From positions 28,212,001 to 28,276,000 of the forward strand of contig OZ249436.1 of NCBI GenBank assembly GCA_965235115.1: DNA of 64,000 bases, in the 5' to 3' direction. Each line of letters opens with the position of its first letter. Positions within the stretch are counted from its first letter, which is position 1. Made by a program: the position numbers and the translations under genes. Source of the DNA: Laetmonice hystrix (Eukaryota). Below the pieces are notes generated by a model. That model saw nothing but the letters and a program-made list of their open reading frames with translations, was not told where the DNA came from and did no database searches. Of the stretch, positions 63,411 through 64,000 are shown piece by piece.

Positions 63411-64000
63411 TTCTCCTTGGGTATAGAGCTCGCTTTGCGAGCCGCTTCGCGGCTCGCTGCCCTCGCTATTAGCACCTAATTATTAAACCAATTTGAGACT
63501 AAACTAACACTAAAGCTGCTTTTGCTCCAGGCGGCGGCGGACGCGAGTACGGGTCATTGTGTTTTCATGAAACGGGCACAGACGCGGGAGTTTTTGCGCG
63601 GGTTTGGGTCTTCAGTCCGTGGAGCCCATTGCAACTTCCATCATTTCATTGTTACCAGAGCCAGGGGAATTCCCAGAAAATGATGACGCAATACCGCGCA
63701 GGCAGCAAACGGGCGCGGAAAAGAATGCTACATGAGCGATTCGAAAAAACGCGTCCGCGCCTGTCCACCCATGTTGTGGAGACAGCTAAAGGGAAGCTGA
63801 GTTGGATCAATTTTTTCCGCCCACCTCCGCGTCTGCATCTGCCTCGTGGAAAAGCAGCTTTACCCTAGCTTAACATTAGGCCATAGCCCTATTTTTTACC
63901 CCTTACCCGGCCTTAGATTAGTACTAGCCGCTTATTTTGCTAGAATGCTGACAAAATAACCATGGCATTTAGGTTTTTAATTTTAGGCAGTTTATATTTA

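Overview
Animal genomic DNA, probably from a marine invertebrate (lophotrochozoan-like; this is inferred, not proven). It is intron-rich, and I see no operons, CRISPR arrays or RNA genes. The main feature is a minus-strand ADGRV1/GPR98/VLGR1-like gene. I reconstructed it by hand as 27 coding exons (55647 down to 34988) with GT-AG boundaries and consistent phases. It encodes about 1,760 aa: signal peptide, tandem Calx-beta domains, a LamG/pentraxin-like domain, then more Calx-beta domains. The last exon ends on an open splice donor, and I could not find a continuation in the remaining ~35 kb. A plus-strand terminal exon of a perlucin-like C-type lectin lies at 6715-6953. The rest is repeat-rich: a 5'-truncated CR1-group LINE, several TTAA-flanked (Kolobok-like) MITEs, an inverted pair of ~0.9 kb non-autonomous DNA transposons, and many minisatellites. 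The most unusual observations are: (1) a 33-bp minisatellite that copied an exon end and its splice donor 14 times in frame; (2) the apparent truncation of ADGRV1; (3) a 3.6-kb inverted-repeat structure enclosing two unrelated tandem arrays that share a CTCF-like 11-mer; (4) several minisatellites abutting ADGRV1 splice acceptors.
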